DNA from: Octopus vulgaris
Lineage: Eukaryota
Reading direction: 5' to 3'
NCBI GenBank assembly: GCA_951406725.2
Contig: OX597820.1
Span: 29,946,001-30,010,000 of the forward strand
Length of the DNA stretch: 64,000 nucleotides
A program made the position numbers and the translations under genes. Under the pieces are notes generated by a model. It did not search any database. It was given only the letters and a program-made list of their open reading frames with translations, and had not been told where the DNA came from. Each line of letters starts with the position of its first letter. Position 1 is the first letter of the stretch. This document shows, in pieces, positions 39,463 through 53,516 of the stretch.

Positions 39463-39529
<67 letters not shown>

Positions 39530-40069
39530 GAAATCATTTATTTATGTGTGCCGCACATACAGAAACATTGTAACAGCAATAACCACATACCCATACATAA
39601 CACAATATAGTTAAACATTTTCTTTACTCCAACAGTCTCTAACACAGAAGCAACAACCCATATTTTCCACATAATTGTCAACATAACTAAATCGATTAAC
39701 ACCGGGGAAATATGTCCCACTTTCTACGAAGTAGACTTCATAGAAACTCGTATCCTCAACAAAACATTTCTGACAAATAACGTCACGCAGCCATAAAGTT
39801 ATCTCCTTACATATTTTAGTCATTAGCCCGTGTACGGCTTTCAAGGACATACGTTGATTGTAATGACCTCAGCGCTTTTTTGCAATGGGGTATGTATTTT
39901 ATCTGGCTCTGTTTATCGAACGGCTAAGGTACATTTCACACAAAATGTATGCAACCCCATGCACTCAAATTTTTACTGCAAATTCGTACTTACACACACC
40001 CGACAGCGTGTATATCGTTGGCGATTTTCTTTCTCCGTCTTCCCTTCCTTGGACTTTTCCTTTTTCTAT

Positions 40070-40104
40070 GTTTCTGACGAAGAGCTCCGCTCGAAGCGTT
40101 AAAT
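40070..40104 (+). ncRNA. Minimal type I hammerhead (A15.1 changed to G) in a microsatellite-flanked PLE 3' fragment at about 39528-40200
   Basis: gttt CTGACGA a gagc-tcc-gctc GAAG cg TT aaat. Confidence 0.55.
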
Positions 40105-40399
40105 CCTCTTTCTTTCTTTCCTGTCCTGAGCGTTCAATAACACTATACTTGTTCCACGTCCTCGCGTTGTTGTATTTTCTCTTTGTTCACGTTCGGATTA
40201 ACTATACATACATACATACATACATACATACATACATACATACATACATACATACATACATGCATGCATGCATACATACATACATACATACATACATGCA
40301 TGCATGCATACATGCATGCATACATACATACATACATACATACATACATACATACATACATACATACATACATACATACATACATACATGCATACATAC

Positions 40400-40735
40400 C
40401 TATCATCATAGGTGCATTATGTTATATGACAACAATTTTGCACAAAAACCTAGAAATACTTGGTGTCGCTGGAAAAGAGCAACAGAAACTGACGTGGATT
40501 CTCCAAATCTAAGGTATAAGTGACACTGTGAAGATTTTAAAGATATTCTTGAAGTTCTCCATGAGAGATTCTTATGTGAATAGATGCAAACCCTTGGGGG
40601 TATGCATCGGCAGTTCAACCGACACAGCAACTCAATCATATATTTACAAATTCCGGGAACTCTCTTAACTCAAAAAATATTTTCGCTTTCTTAGACTACC
40701 TCAAGAACTTTAATTAAACTCATCGAAAAAAAAAC
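40400..40735 (+). mobile_element. RLE-type LINE 3' end between (CATA)n tracts
   Basis: IPIIIGALCYMTTILHKNLEILG. The 3' UTR is homologous to 63650-63800, which is also followed by (CATA)n. Confidence 0.6.
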
Positions 40736-40788
40736 ATACATACATGCATACAAATGTAAAAAAAAAACGTGTGTAAGTATGCACGCAG

Positions 40789-40819
<31 letters not shown>

Positions 40820-41760
40820 TGTATGTATGTATGTATGTATGTATGTGTGTGTGTATGTATGTATGTATGTATGTATGTATGTTTATATGTATGTATGCAT
40901 TTATGTATGTATGTATGTGTGTATGTATGTATGTATGTATGTTTATATGTATGTATGCATATATGTATGTATGTATGTGTGTATGTATGTATGTATGTAT
41001 GTATGTATGTATGTGTGTATGTATGTATGTATGTATGTATGTATGTATGTGTCGAGGGTGCATGGCCTAGTGGTTTGGGTGTTGCAATTCATGATTTCGA
41101 GATCGTGGTTTCAATTCTTGGACCGGATGGTCCTAATGGGCCGCTGGTCACATTGTGCTTCTTCGTTTTGTTGTAGTTTTCGAATGATATCACCATGCTA
41201 TCGAAAGCTACAACAAAGATAGGATAGTCATGAGTAGATATTCTTTGATCGCTGATCTACCTGATTAGAGCTAAGGGAGTGCGCGCGTGAGTGTGTGTGA
41301 GAGAGTGAGTGAGAGAGAGAGAGAGAGATTCATAGCGATCCTGTGTATGTGCTGTGCATTAGTTGACCACCTCCTCCATCAAATCGACGTTGCCTGAACA
41401 TGTGCATGGCTTATAACACACGTCACATGTCGAAGAGAATGCAAAAGTAAGTTCCACCGACCTCATTGCTCAACTTGCAGAGGTCTGTAGGCGCTTGGCG
41501 ATATCCTAAATGTCAAGCACCGTTTCTGTCATTGGCTTATTTAAGATTGCATTGTTTAGACACGCTATTTGGAGGGAGGGAAGGAGTTTAATCGATACCA
41601 TCGTCTTCAGAAGTTTGTTGGCACTTTAATTTGGCCACTTTGGAGAGATGAAAGACATAGGATGATCTCTGCAGGTTTTGATCTCAACGTAACAAGCCAG
41701 AATAATACTGCAAGACAATTTTCATCCGCCGTTCAAACGATTCTGCCAGCTTGCTGTTTT

Positions 41761-41957
41761 GGTGATGATGATGATGATGATGATGATGACGACGACGACG
41801 ACGACGACGATAATGATGATGGTGGTGGTGGTGGTGATGGTGGTGATGATGATGATGATGATGATGATGACGACGACGACGATAATGATGATGGTGGTGG
41901 TGGTGATGGTGGTGATGATGATGATGATGATGATGATAATGATGATGGTGGTGGTGG

Positions 41958-41994
<37 letters not shown>

Positions 41995-42098
41995 AATGAT
42001 GATAGTGATGGTGGTGGTGGTGGTGGTGGTGGTGGTGGTGGTGGTGATGATGATGATGATGATGATGATAACGGCGACGACGACCACCACCACCATCA
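41761..42098. repeat. Compound (GAT/GAC/GGT)n trinucleotide repeat
   Basis: Directly visible. Confidence 0.95.
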
Positions 42099-42769
42099 TA
42101 GTTACCAATACATGCAAGTTTCTCCTCTCCATGTCACTGATATTTATCCGATAAAAAAGGCTGCCAACTTCGGCCGATGCAACTTGGTACCAGTGTCACG
42201 GCCATAGTGTTGCTGCCAGAATGCAAAGAGCTTAGAACAAGATATTGCAAAATATCTCATTTGAACTAGATAGTTCTGACATGCCATCGCCCAGAACTGG
42301 TACTTCTTTATCGTCCCACCACAGCCACCACCACCAACACCACCACTACCACTACCACCACGATCACCTTCACCTCCTCCACCACCACCACCACCAGCAT
42401 TCGGGATCAGAGTAAAACACAGAGATCAATTTGACCGGCGAAGCCCTTGAAAGCAGTGTCCAAATTATGACTGTGCTCCTATGCAGGGCTGGATCAAGAC
42501 CCACAGAGACCCTAAACATTTAAAAAATTTTGGTGTCCCTATATATAAACAATAATAAAACATAAAATAAATTTTTATTTTTTAAAATGAAACAAAACAA
42601 ACAGGAAAACAGAAAATAATGTTTATTTTTGTATACCTTGTATCTTTTATTTTTTATTTTATTTCAGTGGCCATGCTGTGGCACCGCCTTGAAGAATCTT
42701 TAGTATTTCCACTTTATTTATATTTGAAAAGTTTTCTCCTACTTTTTTTAATTGCGAAATCTTTACACT

Positions 42770-42974
42770 CTTTACTCTTTTACTTGTTGCAGTCATTTGA
42801 CTGCAGCCATGCTGGAGCACCGCCCTTATAGTCGAGTAAATCGACTCCAGAGCTTATTCTTTGTATGCCTAGTACTTATTCTATCGGTCTCTTTTGCCGA
42901 ACCGCTAAGTTACGGGGACGTAAACACACCAGCATTGGTTGTCAGGCGATGCTGGGGGGGACAAACAAACACAT

Positions 42975-43043
<69 letters not shown>

Positions 43044-43211
43044 CACGTATACGATGGGCTTCTTCCAGTTTCCGTCTACCAAATCCACTCACAAGGCTTT
43101 GGACGGCCCGAGGCTATAATAGAAGACACTTGACCAAGGTGCCACGCAGTGGGACTGAACCCGGGACCATGTGGTTGATAAGCAAGCTACTTACCACACA
43201 GCCACTCCTGC
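42770..43211 (-). mobile_element. SINE family A, full length
   Basis: Homology to the family consensus. Confidence 0.92.
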
Positions 43212-44716
43212 TGTGTCAGATCCTTAAAATTAATCTTACGTAACACATCTGCTTCTATACTTAGTAGAGATAAAGGCATCCCGAAAATTATTTTAGCAAG
43301 TCTAAAATGATTTCTTTTGTGCTGTAAACCTTTTACCATTTCTGTGGCGTCCCTCGCCTCACTTTACCTTGATGCTTTATGCACGTACTTATTTTGTTTT
43401 ATGGTTAACCCAGCACTGGGAGGAAAAGCCAGTAGTGACGGTAAAGAGCTCCTTCAGATGCAGTCGCCATATGCGTGACTGTCACTCCCGTGTGGGACTT
43501 GAGATCCACAGTAGACGTTGTGTCACCATCAGCTGCTGACATAACTTCTTCGGACGTAGATCCATGATCTCTCTAGACCGACGGATACCTACAACTTCTA
43601 ATCCAGCACTGCCACCACCACCACCATTACCACCAGACCAAAAGGGTGAAGGCAATGTTAACCTCAGCGGGATTTAAACTTATAGTGAAGAGAACTGAAG
43701 CAAATACCACAAGGTATTGTAACAAATACGCTAAAGATTCTGCCGGAAATTTGGTTGCTATTTTTAGTGCAAGCAGAGTTAATATGCTTTTCATGGTCCA
43801 GTGCGAATGTTGTTGTTGTTGTTGTTGTTGTGATGGTGGTGGTTATGTGGTGGTGGTGGTGGTGGTGGTGGTGGTGGTGGTGGTGGTTGTTGTTATAGGA
43901 TCTTGCATATCTGCGATCAAAGACGCTCTAGTCGTGACTCTCCAGTCTTTATTCAGACAAAAGAAATATCTCAGATTACATTAACCAATAGGTTTGTCTC
44001 ACTCCACCTCTTTTCTCTTATTTTTTTCATACTTTCATTTTCATTTTATATATTTATTTACATATCTATTTAATTATTTATCTTCTTAAGATACTAAAGA
44101 GAGATTTAAAAGAAATCCAGCTGTCAAATTTTTGCAGTTACAGCTAACCCTACTTTTCATCACTTGATGCGAATGCCGTACTACTGCTGCTGCTGCTACT
44201 GCTGCTGCTGCTGTATAATCAGATGTTAGCTCTAATCAGGTAGATCAGCGATCAAAGAAGATCTACCCACGACTATCCTATATATTCAAACAAAGAAAAA
44301 GAATTACTATTTCATATTCCATTAGCCAATAAATTCACCCAGTTGTGTAGCTACAGAGTGTGCCGCCCGGGGCAGCCCTTCAGTTCGCCGCCCTCGGGCA
44401 CCCCACAAAAAATACATATTGCACAATGACTATACCGATTGCTGCATTCAACGGTCAGCCGTGTCCGTGTCCTGACATTAAAATCCCTTTTATTTGAGTT
44501 CAATGGTTATACAGGGTTATAGCCTACAGCAAACCACCCTCGTTTCTTTCTCTTAATCTTAATTTTAAGAGATTTATTTGCTATTTCTAACAGATTAGGC
44601 GACCATATAGAGCAGATAAGAATAAACTTTTTCCAGAAATGGGCTGCATAAGACGTAACTAATCATCAAGCGGGCTGCAGTACTAAAAAAAATTGAAGTT
44701 AATATTTCGTTTGATA

Positions 44717-45263
44717 TACGAGGGTGAGTCAAAAAGTAACGCCATTTTGTTCAGGACAGGTATAATTACCAACACAAGAACATGTATCATACATCAAAAT
44801 GAAGCTGGTCCTCTGTGGATCACATCCCTACTTCTCAACATAGTCACCGTTTCTCTCAATAGCAATGTTCTACCTTCGAATGAGAGCACGTATCCCTGCC
44901 TCGTAAAATTCTGTTGACTGTTCTTTGAGCCACTTCTTCACAACAGTTTTCACTTCCTCATCACTGGAATAATGTTTGCATCTCAAACCCACTTTCGTGG
45001 CGCCGAAGAGATGATAGTCTGAAGGCGCTAAATCTGGTGAGTGTGGAGGGAGTGAAGAACAGTCAACAGAATTTGACGGGCCAGGGATACATGCTCTCAT
45101 TCGAAGGTGGAACATTGCTATTGAGAGAAACGGTGACTATGTTGAGAAGTAGGGATGTGATCCACAGAGGACTAGCTTCATTTTGATGCATGATACATGT
45201 TCTTGTGTTGGTAATTATACCTGTCCTAAACAAAATGGCATTACTTTTTGACTTACCCTCGTA
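44717..45263. mobile_element. Mariner-derived fold-back element (two 3' ends head to head), TA-flanked
   Basis: TA|cgagggtgagtcaaaaagtaa ... ttactttttgacttaccctcg|TA with ~200 bp inverted arms. The minus strand encodes PPHSPDLAPSDYHLF...WL...FY..GI..L. Confidence 0.88.
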
Positions 45264-46116
45264 CCATTCACAGAGTCTCGCGGGCCGCAGTTTGCTCACG
45301 ACTTATTTAGAGGCTTTCTTTGTCGGCGAGCATTGACTTGTGATTAACTTCATGTATGTGTGTCTTTGTGTCTGTGTTTGTCCTCCCACCATCACTTGAC
45401 AACTGATGTTGACGTGTTTACGTCCCCGTAACTTAGTGGTTCGTTAAAAACGACCGATACAATAAGTAGTAGGCTTACAAAGAATGAGTCCTGGGGTCGA
45501 TTTCTTCGACTAAAAAGCCCTTTAAACCCGTGCTCCAGCGTGGCCACAGTTAAATGACTGAAACAAGTAAAAGAATGTGTGTGTGTGTGTGTGTTTTTGT
45601 GTTTACGTCCACGTAACTTAGCGGTTCGGCAAAGAGATCGATAGAATAAGTACCAGACTTTGAAAAAAAAGTTTACTGAGGTCAATTCATTCGACTAAAA
45701 TCTTCCCAGTCGATGCATTGGCATGGTCGCAGACTAATGAATGAAACAAGTAAAAGATAAAAGATTTGTTTGAAATGATAGGCTGGGATTTGAAAGAGAT
45801 TTAGCTGCTATTTCTAGCAGGTTTATCGACCACGTTGAGGCTTTCCTTGACGGCTGATATTGGCTGGTGAAATTGCTTTGTAGAAAGCTGCATTACTGTT
45901 TGGCATTTTTGCTGTATGAGAACATTCTTTTGAACCAAGAATGTCCCTTCTCCTACAGTATGACATGTGCAGAGAGGGTTTGATAGACTCAAATATTTGA
46001 ATATATCGATTACACGGAATGTCAGTTAGAGAGAGAGAGAGAGAGGGAGAGACTGAGAGAGAGAGAGAAGGGTAGGATGAGAGGGAGCTAAGGAAACAGA
46101 AACGGTAAGGAGATAT

Positions 46117-46160
<44 letters not shown>

Positions 46161-46643
46161 AGGAAAGAAAGAAAGAAGGAAAGAAAGAAACAAATGAACA
46201 AACAAACGAACAAAGAGCAAAAAAGAGTTAATGAAAGAGAGAGGTAAAAACAGACACAACGACAGACAGAAAGAGAGAGAGAGTATGTGTGTATGAGAGA
46301 GAGAGAGAAAGAGAGAATGTGTGTGTGTGAGAGAGAGAGAGAAAGAGTATGTGTGTCTATGAGAGAGAGAGAGAGAGAGTTAGAGAGAGTATGTGTGTAT
46401 GTGAGAGAGAGAGAGAGTGTGTGTGTGTGAGAGAGAGAGAAAGAGAGAGAGTATGTGTGTGTGTGTGTATGAGAGAGAGAGAGAAAGAGAGAATGTGTGT
46501 GAGAGAGAGAGAGAGAGAGAGAAAGAGTATGTGTGTCTATGAGAGAGAGAGAGAGAGTTAGAGAGAGTATGTGTGTGTGAGAGAGTATGTATGTGTGTGA
46601 GAGAGAGAAAGAGAGAGAGTATGTGTGTGTGTGAGAGAGAGTA

Positions 46644-46680
<37 letters not shown>

Positions 46681-46905
46681 ATGTGAGAGAAAAAGTGAGA
46701 CATAGACGAAGAAAGAGAGACTCAAAGAGAGCTAGAAAGAGAGAATTAGACTCAAAGAAGCTGGCATGAATGTGAACCGGCATGTTGATGTGTGCGTAAG
46801 CACGTGTTTCTGAGTAAGCGCGCGCGTACATACGGGTGGGCATGTGTGTATGTATATACACACACCATTCATTAACCAAAAAATCTATTTTTCATATGCA
46901 CACGA

Positions 46906-46974
<69 letters not shown>

Positions 46975-47282
46975 CAGTCAGACAGGCAGACAGACAGACA
47001 GACTGACAGATAGAAAGATAGATAGATATATAGATAGACACACAGACAGATAGACGCACAGACAGATAGCCAGACTGATCGATCGATCGATAGATAGATT
47101 GACAGACAGAGAGACAATATATAGACAGACAGACAGATATACAGATAGATAGATAGATAGATACATACATACATACATACATACATACATACATACATAC
47201 ATACATACATACATAAAATGGAAGACAGTTGGACAAACAGGCAGACAGGCGGACAGACGGACGGACGAACAAATTGATAAGC

Positions 47283-47313
<31 letters not shown>

Positions 47314-47314
47314 T

Positions 47315-47373
<59 letters not shown>

Positions 47374-47401
47374 CCATACATACATACATACAACGAAATG
47401 C

Positions 47402-47436
<35 letters not shown>

Positions 47437-47747
47437 GGAAGACAGATAAAACAGATAGACGGAAGACAATATATAAAGAAAAAAAACCCAGAGACATATA
47501 GAGAGACAGACCGATCGACAGACATTAGATGGAATGTGGAACATTCCACAACCCCATTCCGAGGTAGTCAATTGATATCGTTGATATCATTTAACATCAG
47601 CCGTATGCTGTGTTAATCATATTTATCGATACAAACGTAAAGTATATACGGTATCAGATAGTCATTGTTACACATAGTTTCGTTTACAAAGGCCAGTCAG
47701 CTGATCAGCTGATTGGCTGCCTCAGAAGTTCCGTCTACTCATTTCAC

Positions 47748-48197
47748 ATGTATGTATGTATGTATGTATGTATGTATGTATGTATGTATGTATGTATGTA
47801 TGTATGTATGTATGTATGTATGTATGCATGCATGTATGTATGTATGTATGTATGTATGCATGTATGTGTATGTATGTATGTATGTATGTATGCATGTATG
47901 CGTGTATGTATGTATGTATGCATGTATGTGTATGTATGTATGTATGTATGTATGTATGCATGTATGCGTGTATGTATGTGTGTATGTATGTATGTATGTG
48001 TGTATGTATGTATGTATGTATGTATGCATGTATGTGTATGTATGTATGTATGTATGTATGCATGTATGCGTGTATGTATGTGTGTATGTATGTATGTATG
48101 TATGCATGTATGTGTATGTATGTATGTATGTATGTATGTATGTATGTGTGTATGTATGTATGTATGTATGTATGTATGTATGTATGTATGTATGTAT
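47748..48197. repeat. Long (TATG)n microsatellite with variant units
   Basis: Directly visible and representative of many such tracts in the window. Confidence 0.95.
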
Positions 48198-48659
48198 GTG
48201 CGTGCGTCTTTGTCCGCGTCTGTGTGTGGGGTGAAATGGGTGCGGTGTTTGATTCTATGAAGCCTGGCTTTGTGTTCGCAGTACCTGGTTCAGATTCAGT
48301 GCCCCCTATTCGGAAGATGGGGCTATACCCACAACCACAGATACACACGCACATGAGTGCCTGTGTGTGTGTGTGCGTGTCATGTATTTTTGTAAAACCA
48401 AGACGTTTATATATTTATGCGTAAGTGTATGTATGAATTTATATAAGTATGCATGTACGTGCGTACATATGAATATATATATATATATATGTATACATGT
48501 ATGTATGTGTGTATGTATGTATGTTTGTATGAATGGATGTACGTATGTGGTTATGCCTGCAGAGAAGTAAGCATGCATGTATACACATACGTATATATGC
48601 ACGTATGCTCATATGTATATTTGAATGGATGTATATACACATATATACATGCATGAATC

Positions 48660-48691
<32 letters not shown>

Positions 48692-48697
48692 TATATT

Positions 48698-48988
48698 ATC
48701 ACGTGACCGACCAGACCATCAGATGTTGTTACATCTCGCTGGTCACAATGCGTTCGCATTGTTTTAGCCTTCGAATGACGCCACCCCGCTAGCTAAGCGA
48801 GCAGGCCAACAGAAGAAAGAGTAGTGAAAGAGTACAGCAGGGATCACCACCGGATCACTGCCGGAGCGTCGTGAAGCTTATAGGTGTTTTCGCTCAATAA
48901 CCACACACAACGCCTGGTCTGGGAATCGAAACCGCGATCCTGCGACCGCGAATCCGCTGCCCTAACCACTGGGCCATTCCGCCTCCAC
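48698..48988 (-). mobile_element. tRNA-derived SINE, family D (relative at 52918-53170)
   Basis: Minus strand has A box TGGCCCAGTGG and B box GTTTCGATTCC. The 3' part is shared with 52918-53035. Confidence 0.8.
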
Positions 48989-49014
48989 ATATTATATTAT
49001 ATTATATTATATCA

Positions 49015-49820
49015 TCTATTATATAAAATCTGTTCTGTCTGTCTGTGTGTGTGTGTCTTCTAGGATCTCGGGCATCCTCCATCTAATTGCGCTCAACTTT
49101 GATATGTAGATACCGACGGTATCAGGGCGTGTATAAGTCTTGAAAAAATTACAAAAATCGATTCCAGGTGAGAATGCCATCGATAAAGCCGTGGGAAAGT
49201 GCATTTGTACGCGCAAGTACATCAGCTGTTGCCACTAGCTTTTCCATGCCTTTGAACATCCCGTAAAGTAAGTTAGCTTAAAATTAGTTACTTAGGTTGT
49301 TGCTTTTCATCAAAAATCACCCCAAGTTGATTTCCTGCATGAATTATCGGATAAACTTATTATTGTCCCAGGTACGTTCTCATAAATTCATCATGCTTTT
49401 CCATCTAGATTTGCCTTCAGCTAACCCATTTGCATGCATCGTTTTTGTTCTGCTTTCCTTCCGTCAACCTGTACATAACTGCACCTTCCATTTTTTGTTG
49501 TTTTTGTACTGCTTAAAGGTACGTTTCTTTCCTGCCAAGCTTACTATTTAAACCATGTTTGTGTTCTCCCAGTCAACAGCCTTACCATTACTGGTACTTT
49601 TTAAACTCATGGGTTGCATATTTGTGTGAATAAAATCGTTTTTCTTTGGAACAGAAAAAAAGTCTATAATTTCTTCTTTTGCTGGTCTCTCAAATTCAGG
49701 TTAAATCAAAGGGGAGGCCTATGGGAGGCCTATGGGATGGTCGGACAAGTTGTTTTGAGAAAATTTGGTGTAAATGTTTGACAACTCAGCACCGTCCATT
49801 GGACGGGGGCGTTTTGCTCG
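49015..49820 (+). mobile_element. Non-autonomous Helitron-like element
   Basis: A|TCTATTATATAAA start with (GTCT)n. Ends with hairpin ccgtcc-att-ggacgg and gCTCG|T. Confidence 0.6.
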
Positions 49821-50701
49821 TATTATATATATACAATCAACCTTTGTAAATTACTAAATATTTGTATGTCCGAAAATATAATACCTCTTGGTGTGTAGTA
49901 TACATGTCTAAGTTCTGTAGTTTCAGTATAAATATCGTCTTTCAATGACCTTTATTTCTGTGTATACTGAAAGTAGAATATCAATATACGCCCTTTTAAC
50001 ACATGTGGCATAACATTCCGGCGTGTATAATATTTACAATGTGTTTGCAAAATGGAACGACACTAGCAGTAATATTTTGTCTTAGAGAAACTTTTCAGAG
50101 ACCTTTTGTGTTAAGAAACACAAATTTTTTTTCAGAATGACGATGGTTTGCCAGACGTGGTGTTTCAACTTACTTTGGTCTCCTCAGTGACGAATAATTT
50201 TGTCTTTCGGAGTAAAGCCGGAAATGCTTGTTCCGATATAGAAATCGGCAAACAAAACACATACTGGTTTATGCAAAAGCTTGCCATGTTAAAATTACAT
50301 TAATATATGCTAATGAAAGGCGGCAAGCTGGCAGAATCATATCGTCTGTTTTTAAGTTCTGAGTTTAAATCCCTTTTGGGCTCGATAAAGTAAGTACCAG
50401 TTAAATACTGAGGACGATGTATGTAATAGACGTTGTGCCTATAGAAGAAAGGATTATCTTTATTATAATAAGGGTGGAGAGTTGGCCGAATCGTTAACGC
50501 ATCGGACACATTGATTAGCGGCCATTGCCTCCAGCTTTATATTCCGATCCAAATACTGCCGGTATCAGCTTTGCCTTTTATCTTTTCGTTGTCGATAAAA
50601 TAAAGTACCAGTCAAGTACTGGGGTCAATGTAATCGACAAACTGCTGTAACTCGAAAAAATTGCCAGATTTGTGTCAAATTTAAAACATTTGTTAATATT
50701 G

Positions 50702-50862
50702 TAGGAGTGGCTGTGGGGTAAGAAGCTTGCTTCCCAACTACATGGTTCCGGGTTCAGTCACACTGCGTGACACCTTGCGCAAGTGTCTAATACTATATCC
50801 TCGGGCCGACCAAAGTCTTGTGAGTGAATTAGGTAGACGGAAACTGAAACAAGCCCTTCATG

Positions 50863-50911
<49 letters not shown>

Positions 50912-51087
50912 TTGTGTGTCTGCGTTTGTTCCCCCACCATCGCTTGACAACCGGTTCGGCAAAAGAACCCGATAGACTAAGTACTAGGCTTACAAAGGAT
51001 AAGTCCTGGGGTCGATTTACTCGACTAAAGGCGATGCTCCAGCATGGCCGCAGTCAAATGACTGAAACAAGTAAACGATTAAAAGAA
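50702..51087 (+). mobile_element. SINE family A
   Basis: Homology to the family consensus. Confidence 0.88.
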
Positions 51088-51483
51088 TCTTGTTTAACAC
51101 AATAACTTCGCTGGAGAACGTAACAACGTGTCAGCTGTCCACAACCTGTGGATTAAAGTAACACTCTTTATTCAAATTTCGAGAACTCTGCCGAGAATTC
51201 GTATAGTTTCAAGCAACACTTTTTTTCTTGTGGTTCCTCTAACTTCACATTTACTCCTGTCTTTTTAACCCAGTACCAACAACAACCACAACACCAACTA
51301 TAACACTCATTTCCTTCATTAGTTACAGTCTTTTATTTTCAACTTGTAACCTTTATATTAGATCTGCTTCTCTTCTTGCTACTTTCTCACCACCAGGGCA
51401 TAAAACATCCTTGATTAAACAGGTTTTTCCATTTTAATCAGAACCACAATATCCGGCTTTCTATGTACAATTTCATGATCACA

Positions 51484-51639
51484 GTAGCTGTGTCGTAAGT
51501 AGCTTGCTTGTCAACCACATGGTTCCGGGTTCAGTCCCACTGCGTGGCACCTTGGGCAAGTGTCTTCTACTATAGCATCGGGCCGACCAAAGCCTTGTGA
51601 GTGGATTTGGTAGACAAAAACTGAAAGAAGCCCGTCATA

Positions 51640-51711
<72 letters not shown>

Positions 51712-51957
51712 GTTTGTGTGTGTGTGTTTGCGTGTTTGTGTGTCTGTGTTTGCCCCCCCCCCCCAATATCGCTTGACAACCGATGGTGGTGTGTTTACGT
51801 CCCCATAACTTAGCGGTTCGGCAAAAGAGATTCCGATAGAATAAGTACTAGGCTTACAAAGAATAAGTCCTGGGGTCGATTTGCTCGACTAAAGGCGGTG
51901 CTCCAGCATGACCGCAGTCAAATGACTGAAACAAGTAAAAGAGTAAGAGAGTAAGAG
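51484..51957 (+). mobile_element. SINE family A
   Basis: Homology to the family consensus. Confidence 0.92.
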
Positions 51958-52499
51958 AATACTCCTTTCCTTGTCGTTCTCGATTGTTCTAGTGTTTACC
52001 CATACTGATTCCTTGTTCTATAAAATTCTATAAAATTCAAACTTGCCACGCAGCTCGAAACGATTCACTGTTACAACTTTATCAAATTTTCTTTCTTATT
52101 CTTTTTAGGTCAGCACGCCATTCAGTCTCACTTATATCATAGCCCAACTTGCACTTGTCACTATCTCCTGTATAATAAATTTTGCATTTGTTCTATTAAA
52201 ACTATTTTAATCGGGTCACTGACGGATTACAAACAATAATATAGAGATTGTGATCGAAAGGGTATATAAAAAGCACGCTGAAGTATTTTCATTCTTGAAC
52301 TAGAATTGGGTGTGACATGCCACCATTGAAAGTATTTCAAATGGGAAAATATACAATAGATGAAGTTACAATTGTTAACATCAAAAATGTTTTCGACGAC
52401 AGAAAAAGCAACAAAGAGCAGGGGGTAAAAAACACCAAAATCTCGATGTCATAACTTATTAACAACTCACTATAGAATAGTATCTGTTTGTATTTTAGA

Positions 52500-52727
52500 T
52501 GAAGAAAAAGACGAAGACGACGACGACGACGACGACGAAGAAGAAGAAGAAGAAGAAGAAGAAGAAGAAGAAGAAGAAGAAGAAGAAGAAGAAGAAGAAG
52601 AAGAAGAAGAAGAAGAAGAAGAAGAAGATGAAGAAGAAGGAGGAGGAGAAGGAAGAGAAGGAGGAGAAGAAGAAGAAGAAGAAGAAGAAGAAGGAGGAGG
52701 AGAAGAAGAAGATGAAGAAGAAGAAGA
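52500..52727. repeat. (GAA)n/(GGA)n purine tract
   Basis: Directly visible. Confidence 0.95.
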
Positions 52728-52877
52728 CGTGTATACACACAAACACGTAAACACACACAATATACACGTATTGGTGGAAATTACAAAAGTGACTCGAGGA
52801 CCGAGAACTTCGTGCATGATATTTATCAAGCGCAGGCATGCATGTGTATGTGTTTATGTATACATCCACACACACAA

Positions 52878-52917
<40 letters not shown>

Positions 52918-53214
52918 CACGTGATCACGTAACCGGCCAGACTATCAGATGCTGTTACACATCGTTGGTCACAATGCTTTTGCCTTGTTTTAGCCTTCCA
53001 ACGACGCTACTCCGCTGGCTAGGCGAGCAGACCAACAATCCCCTCAAACGGAGGAAGGGGACATGAAGCAATACGAAATGAAGTACTTTGCTCAAGTACT
53101 GGCAAGGAATCGAACCCACGATCTAGCGATCGTGTGTACAGCAGCCTAACCATCAGGCCACGCGCCTTCATGCATAATATGCATATCTATTTATACACAC
53201 GATATAGAGAGATT

Positions 53215-53295
<81 letters not shown>

Positions 53296-53475
53296 GGTTT
53301 AAAATAGTTGCATCTGTCGGAAAAAGAGGGAGAGTTTCAGGGCCGAGGGCCCGTTAAAAGAGAAAAATTGGAGGAAACCCAAATGAGGAGAGAAAGGGAA
53401 GGAGAGGGAAAGACAGATGGAGACGGGACAGAAATATGTATAACAGAGCGAGAGGAAGAATGAGAGAGAGAGAGG

Positions 53476-53516
<41 letters not shown>

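Larger units (their letters stand above)
38349..39466 (+). mobile_element. Non-coding PLE-type unit bounded by ~245 bp near-identical direct repeats (pseudo-LTRs), in (TA)n
   Basis: 38349-38593 matches 39222-39466 (offset 873). The interior begins with a P.PLN-like end of a GIY-YIG ORF and then a pyrimidine-rich UTR. Confidence 0.75.

Noticed and set aside
41569-42207. Asp/Gly-rich 212-aa ORF
   Set aside because: A trinucleotide repeat fused to a decayed SINE B.
42484-43418. Possible hAT-type MITE ends (cagggctggat / cccagcactg)
   Set aside because: Weak inverted match and no target duplication.
43420-43580. Open frame on the minus strand (MSAADGDTTSTVDLKSHTG...)
   Set aside because: No recognisable domain and no convincing splice sites.
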